DNA of 64,000 nt, taken from assembly GCF_963506605.1 (NCBI RefSeq), contig NC_083294.1:17112001-17176000 (forward strand). Direction: 5' to 3'. The translations under genes were made by a program, and so were the position numbers. This document shows positions 23,624-34,444 of this stretch, piece by piece. Within the stretch, counting starts at the first letter, position 1. Each line of letters starts with the position of its first letter. Below the pieces are notes generated by a model. The model was not told the DNA's origin and made no database searches. It saw only the letters and a program-made list of their open reading frames with translations. This DNA comes from Zootoca vivipara. Lineage: Eukaryota.

Positions 23624-24161
23624 ATTCATGGAGCCATACATTTTTGGGTGCCGCCTCGATCAGGACATCATCAACCTGGAGCAGACGATGGCACACCTCC
23701 AGCTGGCTCTCAACTTCACGGCTCACATCGCCTACCGCAAAGGCATAATCCTCTTCATCAGCCGGAACCGTCAGTTTTCCCACCGGATAGAGGCCACCGC
23801 CAAGGAATGCGGCGAATATGCTCACACTCGCTACTGGCAGGGCGGCCTGATGACCAATGCCGATATCCAGTATGGGCTGGGCGTCCGCCTGCCTGACCTC
23901 ATCATCCTCACCCACACCCTCACCAACGTCTTCGAGCCCCACATAGCCATCCGGGACGCAGCTAAGATGAACATCCCCACGGTGGGCGTGGTAGACACGA
24001 ACTGCAACCCAAGCCTCATCACCTACCCCATTCCGGGTAATGACGACACCCCCTCGGCAGTCGAGCTCTACCTCCGGCTCTTCAAGATGACCATCACGAG
24101 AGCGAAGGACAAGCGGAGGCAGATGGAGGTCTTGTGCAGAGGGCAGGACAAGCCTTGCTAA
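23624..24161 (+). CDS. MRPS2: MRPS2 exon 4 (mitochondrial ribosomal protein uS2m, 270 aa in total)
   Basis: ctcctacag acceptor; [18 protein letters not shown]...YWQGGLMTN...RLPDLII...[34 protein letters not shown], ribosomal S2 signature. Confidence 0.97.
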
Positions 24162-24267
24162 GGAGGCCGGAGCGGCTTGGTGGGAAACCATCCCCCCTAC
24201 TCCTGAAAAATTCACTAGCTGGTCCCAGGTGCAAATTCTGTCAGACTGTCTTGGCTACAGGCAACTG

Positions 24268-24943
24268 AACCACATTCACATCATTTGTTTAAAACACCAT
24301 GGTATCATTTTAGAGCCATGGTTTCTCAAAAGAATCCTAGGAACTGTAGTTTGTTAAGAGTGCTGAGAGATGCTAGGAGATCCCCTATTCCCTTCCCAGA
24401 GCTACAGTTTGCAGAGTGGTTTAGCAGCCAATCCCTCTTCCCCAGGGAAGTCTGGAAATTATAGCTCTGTGGGAGGGAAGAGGGGTCTCCTAACTCTCGA
24501 CACCCTGAACAAGCAAAAGTTCCCAGGATGCTCTGAGTAAACCTATGGCTGTTTGAAGTGGTATCACAACACTTCAAATGTCTGGTGTGAATGTGGCCTG
24601 TGTTAGGTCCTGTCCATACATTTCAAAGCATTCTTAACACCACTTTAAACAGCTGTGGATTCCCCCAAAGAATCCTGAGAACTGTAGTGTGTTCAGGGTG
24701 CTGCGAGTTAAAAGGAGACCATGCTGTTCCCCCTCCCAGAACTATAATTCTCAAGCGTTCCCTGTGGACAAGGACTTATTGTTAAATCACTCTGGGAATT
24801 GTAGTTCTGAATGGGATAGAGGGCGTCTCCTAACAGCTCTTCAGCCCCCTTAACACACTATAGCTTCCAGGATTCTTTTGGGGGAAGCCATGAATGTTCA
24901 GAGTGATAACGGAGCGCTTTAATTGTGTGTTTTAAGCGTGGCC
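24268..24943. mobile_element. Two adjacent palindromic MITEs in the MRPS2 3' region
   Basis: ccacattcaca...tgtgaatgtggcc ends and internally palindromic gggaactgtagttt motifs; second copy from about 24607. Superfamily not determined. Confidence 0.55.
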
Positions 24944-25604
24944 TCAGGTTGCAATTCAAAGCATGCTTGCAAGAAAGCAAACGGATGCATACCATACCAC
25001 GATAACTCTTAAGGTTATTTTCCCAGGAAACTTCCGCCTAGAGTGCAATAACTTTCCTTCAACCCCACAAGACGTGCCATTCCGCCTCGCCTTTGCTGTA
25101 CATCTTGCCCAGGCTTCCTCAACCTCTGCCCTCCTGATGTTTTGAGACTACAATTCCCATCATCCCTGGCCACGGGTCCTGCTAGCTAGGGATCATGGGA
25201 GTTGTAGGCCAAAAACATCTGGAGGGCCGAGGTTGAGGAAGCCTGGTCTTGACTGTCCCATCATCACTTTTAAAGCAACAGCAGCTCTGAAGCAGGACAT
25301 GTATCTGAAAAAGTTAATTGTGAGAAGAGGATAGCTTCCAGCATTTCCTAGGACAGCAGGAGTGGGAAATCTCTGGGGCTGTGCAGGTGCTTCTGAACTA
25401 CAACTCCCATCATCTCTTACCATTGGCCACTCTGGCTAGGGATGCTGCAAGCTAGAGTCCAGCAACATCGGGAGGGCCACAGATTAGAGAGCAGTGCCAC
25501 AGGATAGAGAGCAGTGGTAGACTGGGCCAAATGCCTTTGCTTCTGCATTGGAAGTTGTTTCTCGCACCCTTTTTTCAACCCCATGTTTGTTTTCCCTTAC
25601 AAAA

Positions 25605-25610
25605 AATAAA
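25605..25610 (+). terminator. Candidate MRPS2 polyadenylation signal
   Basis: First clear AATAAA after the stop, about 1.45 kb downstream. Confidence 0.5.
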
Positions 25611-26053
25611 GGTATGTTTGCAAACAGAAGCATTTATGTATTTATTTAATTAACAACATAAAAAGAGCCCTGCCGCTGAATCCAGCCAAAGGAGCCCATC
25701 TAGTCCAGCATCCTGTTCTCCCAGCGGCTACTTAGATGCTTATTATGGGAAGCCCCCAAGCAGGATCCGAGCACAACAGCCACTCTCCCTTCCTGCAGTT
25801 TCCAGTGACTGGTATTCAGAAGCATTACTGCCTCCAACCATGGAGGCCAAAGGATAGCTACCATAGCTGTAGTAGCCACTGACAGCCATCTTCTCCCGGG
25901 ATTTGTCCAGTCCTGTTTTAAAGCTATCCAAGTTGGTTATCAATGCCTCCTGCGAGAGCAAGTTCCATAGTTTTAACTGGAATAATTAATCTAATTAGTT
26001 CGTGTGGCAGTTTTTAAATACCCTGTCCTTTCTGAAGGCAGTGTTGAAATAAA

Positions 26054-26400
26054 TTATCACCAAGCTCAAAACCATGGAGGGACCTGGTTTGAACAGAGAT
26101 ATCGGATTCTTATCTCATTATACATGATAAGCGATCTTCAGCCATCTCAACCCTTGCTTTTTCATGCAAAACCATTTGCAGTCGTTTGCGGTCATCAACA
26201 GCTATCAGTCAGTCAATCACCCATTTCCACCACCCTTCTGAGTGATCCCCCCTCCCCATCCCCACCCCTCCCCACCCCTTCTCTACATAAGTGCCTGGGG
26301 ACTCCCATTTCACTGTATCTGAAGAAGTGTGCATGCACACGAAAGCTCATACCAAAATAAAAACTTAGTTGGTCTTTAAGGTGCTACTGAAGGAATTTTT
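26054..26400 (+). mobile_element. Penelope-like element 3' fragment (family A)
   Basis: Ends in IITKLKTMEGPGLNRDIGFLSHYT*, like the C-terminus of PLE GIY-YIG ORFs; pLTR with hammerhead motif and AATAAA; 10-bp flanking repeat TTGAAATAAA (26044-26053, 26401-26410). Confidence 0.8.
26315..26352 (+). ncRNA. Minimal type I hammerhead ribozyme motif
   Basis: GTAT-CTGAAGA-a-gtgtgcatgcacac-GAAA-gc-TC^-ATAC: stem I GTAT/ATAC, palindromic stem II, palindromic AGCT stem III. Confidence 0.75.
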
Positions 26401-26672
26401 TTGAAATAAACAAGCAGGGGAGATGTGCCAGTCCTGTTTCCAACACCGTGTATTACCTGGAGTTCCTTCTCTCATTTTATACTCGCTGACCAGAAGCCTG
26501 CCCTCCTCTTTCTGTTTTCAGATTCTGTCTTCTGTTTATCTACTCCAGCGTCAAAGGGCTCTTAGCACCAGAAAGTTACTCCTAAGGTCAGAATCTCCAT
26601 TATTGCAATTTGGATCAGTTGGTCCAGGTCCTTCCCTCTGGAGCAGCAGAAAACAGACTTGCTCTGTCTTCC

Positions 26673-27082
26673 TTTTTTTTATATAATATTTTTTATTAAA
26701 ATTTTGCATAACATGAAAACATAACAAATTAGCACAACAAAACGTCGAAAACATCAAAAAAAAAACACAACAATACAAACAATAAACACATACATCATCT
26801 TGTATCATCTTTTTAAATCATTGCCCCTTTTGCTTCCCCAGCTCCCCTCTATCTGATTTTCATTTTAAATTCATCCGTAACAGTTTCTATTTCATTACTT
26901 TTAATTTTCATCATCCCGTACCTTTCTTAATTCATCTTAATCTCATCCTTTTATTTGTATCTCAATTTTCCTGCTTTATAATCTCCTCTTTTCTCCCTAA
27001 TGCCTTAACTTCTGTGTTTCCCTAGATGTTCAGACTTTCAATTCTCAAAAATAATTCCCTAAATATAATTTGAATCTTCTCC
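26673..27082 (-). mobile_element. 5'-truncated L1-type LINE 3' end
   Basis: Begins with poly(T) on the plus strand, AT-rich 3' UTR; perfect 21-bp TSD AACAGACTTGCTCTGTCTTCC (26652-26672, 27083-27103). Confidence 0.75.
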
Positions 27083-27139
27083 AACAGACTTGCTCTGTCT
27101 TCCAAGTAGGAGTCATTTAGGTATTGCTACAGTATTTCA

Positions 27140-27326
27140 TGCGCTCTGCTTTCCATCACGGTGTCCTGTTGCGCCAGAAGGGGTTTGGTCATACTGGCCA
27201 CATGACCCGGAAAGCTGTCTGTGGACAAACACCGGCTCCCTCAGCCTGGAAGTGAAATGAGCACCACAACCCCAGAGTCGCCTTTGACTGGACTTAACCA
27301 TCCAGAGGTCCTTTGCCTTTTTACCT
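27140..27326 (+). mobile_element. Partial Sauria SINE (3' half)
   Basis: ggtcatactggccacatgacccggaaagctgtctgtggacaaac...cccagagtcg...cctttgcctttttacct. Confidence 0.7.
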
Positions 27327-27959
27327 GTTATACAGTATGTGTCTGAACCCAGCTGCATGTCCAAGCACTCATGTCTTTCATACACACACTGACAAGAGGT
27401 TTAGGATATTTTGCTGGAGTTAGGACATGTGCTTGTTATGAATATGTGTTTACCTTTAACCTTATGCCAACAATTAAGCTTTCACACTAAAGGATAAAAA
27501 GCTTGGTTTGTTATATGAAATACTGTAGAAGTGACAGAATGTATATAAAGGCTATTTCAGACGGCTTAATATACAGTTTGTGAGGCAACATCTCACAATA
27601 AATTCACACCTTGATCTAAAGAGTAACAGAAATACCTATTTTCAAAAAACCTGTGGAAAAGTGAGCTTGGCAATTTTGCCACTGAAACCCGCACTAAATA
27701 GCAAAGCAGAAATGGAAAGGGAACACTACATGTCCTTAAGCACATGTATGCTGAATAGCTGTCAAGTTTTCCCTTGCTTATTCAGCATAAGGGAATTTCC
27801 CTTAAAAAGAGGGAGAACTTGACAGCTATGGTGCTGATCCTTGAAAGCCTTGCATAAGTTCTGTTGAAGCTAGCAAACTGACTACTGGGAATCGGGGGTT
27901 TAAAATAATATTGAGCTAATGCCTCCTAGTAGGGAAGTGAGGGGCTTTGAAATGAACAA

Positions 27960-28572
27960 TTCCTGCAAGAAATGGCAAAACTTACCAGAAGAATAAGAAA
28001 TCAAGAAACAAACTTTTAATAAAAGAATGGAAATTGAATATTTACAGATAAATTGTAAACAGATAAGCTCATTGGCAGGGTTATTGTAATAACCTGAAGT
28101 TTTATAAGAGTACAGTGGACGCTCTGGTCATGAACGTGATCCGTGCAGGAGGCATGTTCGCAACCCGCAGCATTCACAACCCGCAGTGCTGCGTCTGTGC
28201 ATGCGCAGGTCGCAATCCAACGCTTCTGTGCATGCACAAAGCATGATTTAGCGCTTCTGCGCATGTACGAGCACCGAAACCCGGAAGTAACCTGTTCTGG
28301 TACTTCTGGGTTCAGCACAGTGCGCAACCCGAAAACACACAACCTGAAGCGCCTATAACCTGAAGTATGACTGTATATATTTAAAGTAGATGAATAAATG
28401 AGCAAATTAAGTTAATTTGGATATGCAGAGGGTATTAAAAATAAATTTAAGGAACTGCAGAAAGAGGGGGAAGGAAGTCAAGTTTTTAAATGTTAAAACG
28501 ATTGTAAAATTAGTGAAATGTATATAACTAGTGAAATATATAAACTTAAAAAGTATAAATAAAATTTGTAAA
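27960..28572 (+). mobile_element. L1-type 3' fragment interrupted by a Tigger-like MITE (28113-28373)
   Basis: Degenerate EMAKLTRRIRNQ...KEWK...EYLQINCK ORF2 end, resembling the fragment at 37806-38208; MITE bounded by TA|CAGTGG...ACTG|TA. Confidence 0.6.
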
Positions 28573-28603
28573 ACGGGGGGTTGGGGAGAGAACAGTCTTC
28601 CAC

Positions 28604-30322
28604 CGGGGCGGGGGAGTGCTAGAGTCCTGTCTAGTCAAGTTTTGTGGGATCAATTTCAATCTGTTACCTCCGAGGATGTGGACAGGCTGCTTGGACGAGT
28701 GAAACCAACCACCTGTCTCCTTGATCCTTGCCCATCCTGGCTTATAAAAGCTAGCCGGGAAGGGCTGGGCGATGGGCTTCGCGGGTTGGTAAATGCTTCT
28801 CTCCATGACCCGCTGAAAGAGGCGGTTATTAAACCGCTTCTTAAAAAAAATCTTTAGATCCGGCCAATATGGCCAACTATCGCCCAGTCTCAAATCTTCC
28901 ATTCTTGGGCAAGGTGATTGAGCGAGTGGTTGCTGAACAACTCCAGGCACGCCTGGAAGAAGCGGACCATTTGGATCCCTTCCAGTCAGGATTCAGGCCT
29001 CATCATGGGACTGAAACTGCCTCGGTCGCACTGGTTGATGATCTCCGGCGGGCTAGGGACAAAGGTAAGAGCTGTTTCCTTGTTCTGCTGGATCTCTCAG
29101 CGGCTTTTGACACCATCGACCATAACATCCTTCTGGACCGTCTAGAGGGCTTGGGAGCTGGGGGCACTATCATGCAGTGGTTCCGCTCCTTCCTCCTGGG
29201 CCGTGTTCAGAACGTGGTGGGGGAGGATGAGTGTTCAGACCCCTGGGCTCTCACTTGTGGGGTGCCTCAGGGTTCTGTCCTCTCCCCCATGCTTTTTAAC
29301 ATCTATATGCAGCCGCTGGGAGAGATCATCAGGGGGTTTGGGCTGGGTGTCCATCAGTATGCTGATGATACCCAGCTCTACCTCTCTTTTAAATCAGAAC
29401 CAGTGAAGGCGGTGAAGGTCCTGTGTGAGTGCTTGGAGGCGGTTGGAGGATGGATGGCGGCTAACAGATTGAGATTGAATCCTGACAAGACAGAAGTACT
29501 GTTTGTGAGGGACAGGAGGCGGGCAGGTGTGGAGGACTCCCTGGTCCTGAATGGGGTAACTGTGCCCCTGAAAGACCAGGTGCGCAGCCTGGGAGTCATC
29601 TTAGACTCACAGCTGTCCATGGAGGCACAGGTCAACTCTGTGTCCAAGGCAGCTGTTTATCAGCTCCATCTGGTACGCAGGCTGAGTCCCTACCTGCCCA
29701 CTGACTGTCTCTCCAGAGTGGTGCATGCTCTAGTTATCTCTCGCTTGGACTACTGCAATACGCTCTACGTGGGGCTACCTTTGAAGGTGACCCGGAAACT
29801 ACAACTAATCCAGAATGCGGCAGCTAGACTGGTGACTGGGAGCAGCCGCCGAGACTACATAACACCAGTCCTGAAAGACCTACATTGGCTCCCAGTATGT
29901 TTCCGAGCACAATTCAAAGTGTTGGTGTTGACCTTTAAAGCCCTAAATGGCCTCGGTCCGGTATACCTGAAGGAGCGTCTCCACCCCCATCGTTCTGCCC
30001 GGACACTGAGGTCCAGCTCCGAGGGCCTTCTGGCGGTTCCCTCACTACGAGAAGCCAAGTTACAGGGAACCAGGCAGAGGGCCTTCTCGGTAGTGGCACC
30101 CACCCTGTGGAATGCCCTCCCACTAGAGGTCAAAGAGAACAACAATTACCAGACCTTTAGAAGGCATCTCAAGGCAGCCCTGTTTAGGGAAGCTTTTAAT
30201 GTGTGATGGATTTCTGTATTTTAATGTTTGATGGATTTCTGTATTTTAGAATTTCTGTTTTGTTGGAAGCCGCCCAGAGTGGCTGGGGGAACCCGGCCAG
30301 ATGGGCGGGGTATAAATAATAA

Positions 30323-30365
<43 letters not shown>
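28604..30365 (+). mobile_element. 5'-truncated L2 LINE with a 445-codon open RT ORF (28869-30206)
   Basis: NYRPVSNLPFLGKVIE, QSGFR, LLDLSAAFDTIDH, GVPQGSVLSP and QYADD RT motifs; upstream frame LLDPCPSWL; (TTA)n tail 30324-30367; possible TSD TTCCAC (28598-28603, 30366-30371). Confidence 0.93.
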
Positions 30366-30368
<3 letters not shown>

Positions 30369-31172
30369 CACGCTCGGCTCATCCTGCTAGGCTTTTCAGG
30401 GATGGCCATTGATGCTTTGCTGGATTCCAGCATGGCATCAACCAATCGTATTTGCAGCATGTCCTGGAAGCCTTACCGGTTCACAATTTGGGGTGCAGCC
30501 TCTCCCTCGCAACATTCATGGTTTTCCTCAGTTTCTTCAGGAAGGGATAAATAAGGAGATTAATGTCAGCACAGTCAAAAACAACAACAAGTGGCCTCTC
30601 TGAGCAGTGTTTTTTATTGTCTGGGTAGGGATCCATTGAATTCCTATCCTACATATAAACTTTTGTTTGAGAGAGTTGTGTTGTCCTACTCCCCTGTCAT
30701 GCATACATAGATTCACTCCTTATAATTAAAATTGGGCTCTTGCAGCTCTCATGGGTCCCCATTTTGATCCACACCTCGGCGCTCTTCATCAGGATAAAGT
30801 TGTGCTACCCCCACACCTTTTCTCATGCCTAAAGTTCATTCAGATGTACCGTAAGATGCATAAGTGGTAAGCTGAGCAGAGCTGATTGTGCATCAAAAAC
30901 CAGCCGCACAGATACAATCACAAATATTTTTTTATTCAACCTTCTGCCTATCCAGACTCAATATAAAAATAACACGCCTTAATAATTATATGTTCCAAAG
31001 ATACTCTCGCTGGTTGCTCAAAGGTGAACCTTCCTTGCCAGAGGTGACCTGATTAAAATGCCTTTCCTTGTTTCTCTTTGCAGGATGGGAAATAACAGCA
31101 TAGATCAGCGTTCCAGGCTAATAAGCTCATGCTCCCTGAGCTGCAGTGAGACAGAGAATCCCCAGAGACACC

Positions 31173-31307
31173 CATTCCCCTACAGGCGTTGCAGCTGTGG
31201 CTGATGTGCCAGAGTTGTGTCAGTAGGTGGCAGAAAGGAACAGACTATGCCTACGCTCAGTGTTCTGCAAGCCGTGAGCATTCAGAATGATTGGTAGCCT
31301 GACAAGT
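31173..31307 (+). ncRNA. SNORA17: Box H/ACA snoRNA SNORA17 (ACA17/ACA43 family)
   Basis: cccctacaggcgttgcagctgtggctg...tgtgtcagtaggtggcaga...ctacgctcagtgttctgc...gaatg aligns with human SNORA17A as recalled; H box AAAGGA 31234-31239; ACA 31302-31304, 3 nt from the end; position and strand relative to DIPK1B match human SNHG7. Confidence 0.9.
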
Positions 31308-32386
31308 GTCCCCAACTTCCTCAAATGTGATGTTAAGGTTCCTGCAAAAATCATGTTTTGTCTGTCCAAAACTGAGGGGTCTTAGCAAGATTCTAGTCTT
31401 CATGGTTCTGAATAAGGGGCTGAATTAAATAGGAACACAATAAACTGCATTCTACTACTGAGCCAGCCCTTTGCAGTCTACCTAGCTCAGTAATGTCTGC
31501 TGTGATTGGCAGTGGCTGTCCAGAATTTCAGGCAGGGAGTCTTTCCCAGCCTTTCCTGGAGTGGTCAGGGATTGAACCTGAGACAGATATTTGCACACAA
31601 AGGAGATGCTCCACCACTGAGCTCCAGGCAGTGCCTCCCACAATTTCCCCACCCGGTAGAGCAACTTTCACAGCCTGACAAAGTTGCAAGCTCACCTCTC
31701 TTCACGCTTGTAAAATGCATGTTGCTGGGTTTAACCTGGGAAGTTTATGGGTTAGTGAGGAGAAAATAGTGTTTTTATAAACTGTGTTCCAGTAGATCAG
31801 ATGAGCAGACAACAAGGACCTTTTATAATGTCAGGCTGCAGATTTGGCTTGCTTTCACCCAGGCACCAGAGATGTTAAAAGTCCATCCTCCAGGGATATT
31901 TGAGCTTCATTCTGTATAACTACAAACTAAAGCAGGAATATCTGGCTTGCTCCAGGTCAAATAAATAACCCCACATATTATTTGGAATGAGGGTGCAGAT
32001 TTCTTGTGCTTAATGCAGCACAAGCCTTCAGCGGCCTTCAATTTCAGCATATAATTTCAGGGTCTATGGATTAGTTTGTTTAATACCCTATTTTCTTCTG
32101 TTCAAAGGAGAGTTGCTGCTGGATTTCTGCAGCAGATATTTTAATGCATGAAATAAGCTTGGCAACAGGTTCTCCAGACACAGATTGAAGAATTTTGCTG
32201 CCATGCAGCAGCTTTGTAGAGTTTGCACTTGTAAGCTCAAAAAAATACCNNNNNNNNNNNNNNNNNNNNNNNNNNNNNNNNNNNNNNNNNNNNNNNNNNN
32301 NNNNNNNNNNNNNNNNNNNNNNNNNNNNNNNNNNNNNNNNNNNNNNNNNNNNNNNNNNNNNNNNNNNNNNNNNNNNNNNNNNNNNN

Positions 32387-33830
32387 AGTGGAGGCAGCCA
32401 GGTACACTTGCCCCAGGCCTTGGAGGGCTAAGTTGGCCAGGGGCATCACTAGGGGCCTGCCAGACTTATGATGTCATGCCAAGAATGCCATATGCCTCCC
32501 AGACAACCGGGGATTTACTGGGCAAAACAGCTATGGGCAAAACACCACGCCTGCCTGTGTGCACTTCAAGGCTTTGACAGTAAAATCTGCACCTGCATTA
32601 CTGCTCACAGTACCAACGTGTAGCATCAGATCAGATTAGCCAACAGTGCTGCAATGTCACATCTCATGTTTGTCGGAGCCATGTGTCTGGTTCGTCTTGG
32701 GTAAGAATGAGATGTGTAGAATTAGTTTTGCAAACATGGTTGAGAAGTGCACAATACTTGTTAAATCGGTGTAGAATGTACAAGGTTTCTGAACTTCCAT
32801 TTTTTTCTCTGTTTAAAATTTAGCTCGGTTGGAACAATAAAACAGGTACATCCATGGTGCAAACTGCAAAGGAGGAAAAAGAAGCAGAAAGCAGATGCTG
32901 AGAGAGCATATCAGTCGCTCTCACAGTGGATTCATTCATGCTTATGGGCAAGACCAGTGTGACCACGACAACTTCAACGACTGCACCCAACAAGGATCCA
33001 CAACAAGGGAGTTGTTCTACTGAACAACCGGAGCCGTTTGAGAGACCTGATTCTGGTAATTTTGGGTGTGTCGATGAAAGCGATACAGGCGAGATTTTCA
33101 CCTGTATTCTTCAAGATATGCATCTTCTTGCAGAGAGCAGTCAGTCAGGAACGAAGAATACAATTATTGTTTTCAGCTGTATATCAAATAGATTTCAAAA
33201 TGAGTTGATTGCAGCATATGTGGAAAAGGTGGTGAGCATTTTGCAAAAGGATTTGGAGATTCCTACTACTATTATAACATTATAATTGATGGTATACCTG
33301 ATTGCTGTCACAAGGAGAGGCATGTGTTTTTGTTTCATTTTGTGGTGAAGATCAAGGAGCAGTGGGGAGTTGTCGAGCGTTTTCTGTGCATGGAAGACTG
33401 TAGCGATAAGACTGCTGAAGCTATTGCTAGTCCAGGGCATGGACTTTTCCACATGCCCTGGCCAGATAATGTTGCAACCATGTTTTGAAGCTCATAAAGG
33501 TGTTCAAGCACGAATTTTTCAGAAAGTGCCCAAAGCTTTCTTTTCAAATTGTGTAATGCACTTGCTTAATTTTTCAGGATGCCATGATGCACAGACCAGT
33601 ATCCAAACGAAGTGGTTTTTTTTTCAACTATGTGCAAAAGACATATACTTTTTTCACTTGCAGTCCACCACTCTAAAAAATACTGAAGCAAGTCCTCAAC
33701 ACATCACTGCATTCAGCAAGTGCAACTCACTGGAGTGTGTGCATCAATGCTATGTGACCAATGTATGAAAAGCCAAACTCTCAACTGGAGAGCCTATTAC
33801 TTCACTGAGTGACAGTGTCTTGAAAATATC
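32387..33830 (+). mobile_element. Degraded hAT transposon (ZMYM1-like/DUF4371 transposase remnant)
   Basis: Frameshifted pieces SNRFQNELI, YNIIIDGIPDCCHKE...VERFLCMEDCSDKTAEAIA, DNVATM, HKGVQARI...CVMHLLN; TIR-like agtggaggcagccagg right after the gap. Confidence 0.75.
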
Positions 33831-33931
33831 TGTCTACTGATGTCAGGTAGGTAGCCGTGTTGGTCTGGGTCGAAGTAAAATAAAAAAATTCCTTCAGTAG
33901 CACCTTAAAGACCAACTAAGTTTTTATTTTG

Positions 33932-33969
33932 GTATGAGCTTTCGTGTGCATGCACACTTCTTCAGATAC
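33932..33969 (-). ncRNA. Minimal type I hammerhead ribozyme motif (intact)
   Basis: Reverse complement is identical to the motif at 26315-26352. Confidence 0.75.
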
Positions 33970-34406
33970 AGTGAAATAGAAGTCCCCAGGCACTTATGTA
34001 GAGAAGGGGAGGGGAGGGGGGGTCACTCAGAAGGGTGGTGGAAGTGGGTGATTGACTGACTGATAGCTGTTGATGACCGAAAACGACTGCAAATGGTTTT
34101 GCATGAAAAAGCAAGGGTTGAGATGGCTGAAGATCGCTTATCATGTATAATGAGATAAGAATCCGATGGAGGGACCTGGTTTGAACAGAGATATCGGATT
34201 CTTATCTCATTATACATGATAAGCGATCTTCAGCCATCTCAACCCTTGCTTTTTCATGCAAAACCATTTGCAGTCGTTTTCGGTCATCAACAGCTATCAG
34301 TCAGTCAATCACCCACTTCCACCACCCTTCTGAGTGATCCCCCCTCCCCTCCCCTCACCATCCCCACCCCTTCTCTACATAAGTGCCTGGGGGCTTCTAT
34401 TTCACT

Positions 34407-34444
34407 GTACTTGAAGAAGTGTGCATGCAAACGAAAGCTCATAC
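34407..34444 (+). ncRNA. Hammerhead motif, mutated
   Basis: gtac-TTGAAGA-a-gtgtgcatgcaaac-GAAA-gc-TC-atac: C3 changed to U, mismatches in stems I and II. Confidence 0.6.

Noticed and set aside
30612-30660. Short hairpin gggtaggga...ttcctatcc as a pre-miRNA
   Set aside because: About 50 nt, shorter than typical precursors, and not recognised as any known miRNA.
31698-31817. Possible second H/ACA snoRNA (ctcttcac/gtgaggag stem, AAAATA, later ACA)
   Set aside because: Second hairpin is weak, pocket-to-ACA spacing is too short, and there is no similarity to SNORA17/43; would need an Infernal or snoReport hit.
32561-32756. gcacttc...gaagtgc-ACA fold resembling an H/ACA RNA
   Set aside because: Too long for one hairpin, no clear H box, and it lies in the 5' part of the hAT fossil.
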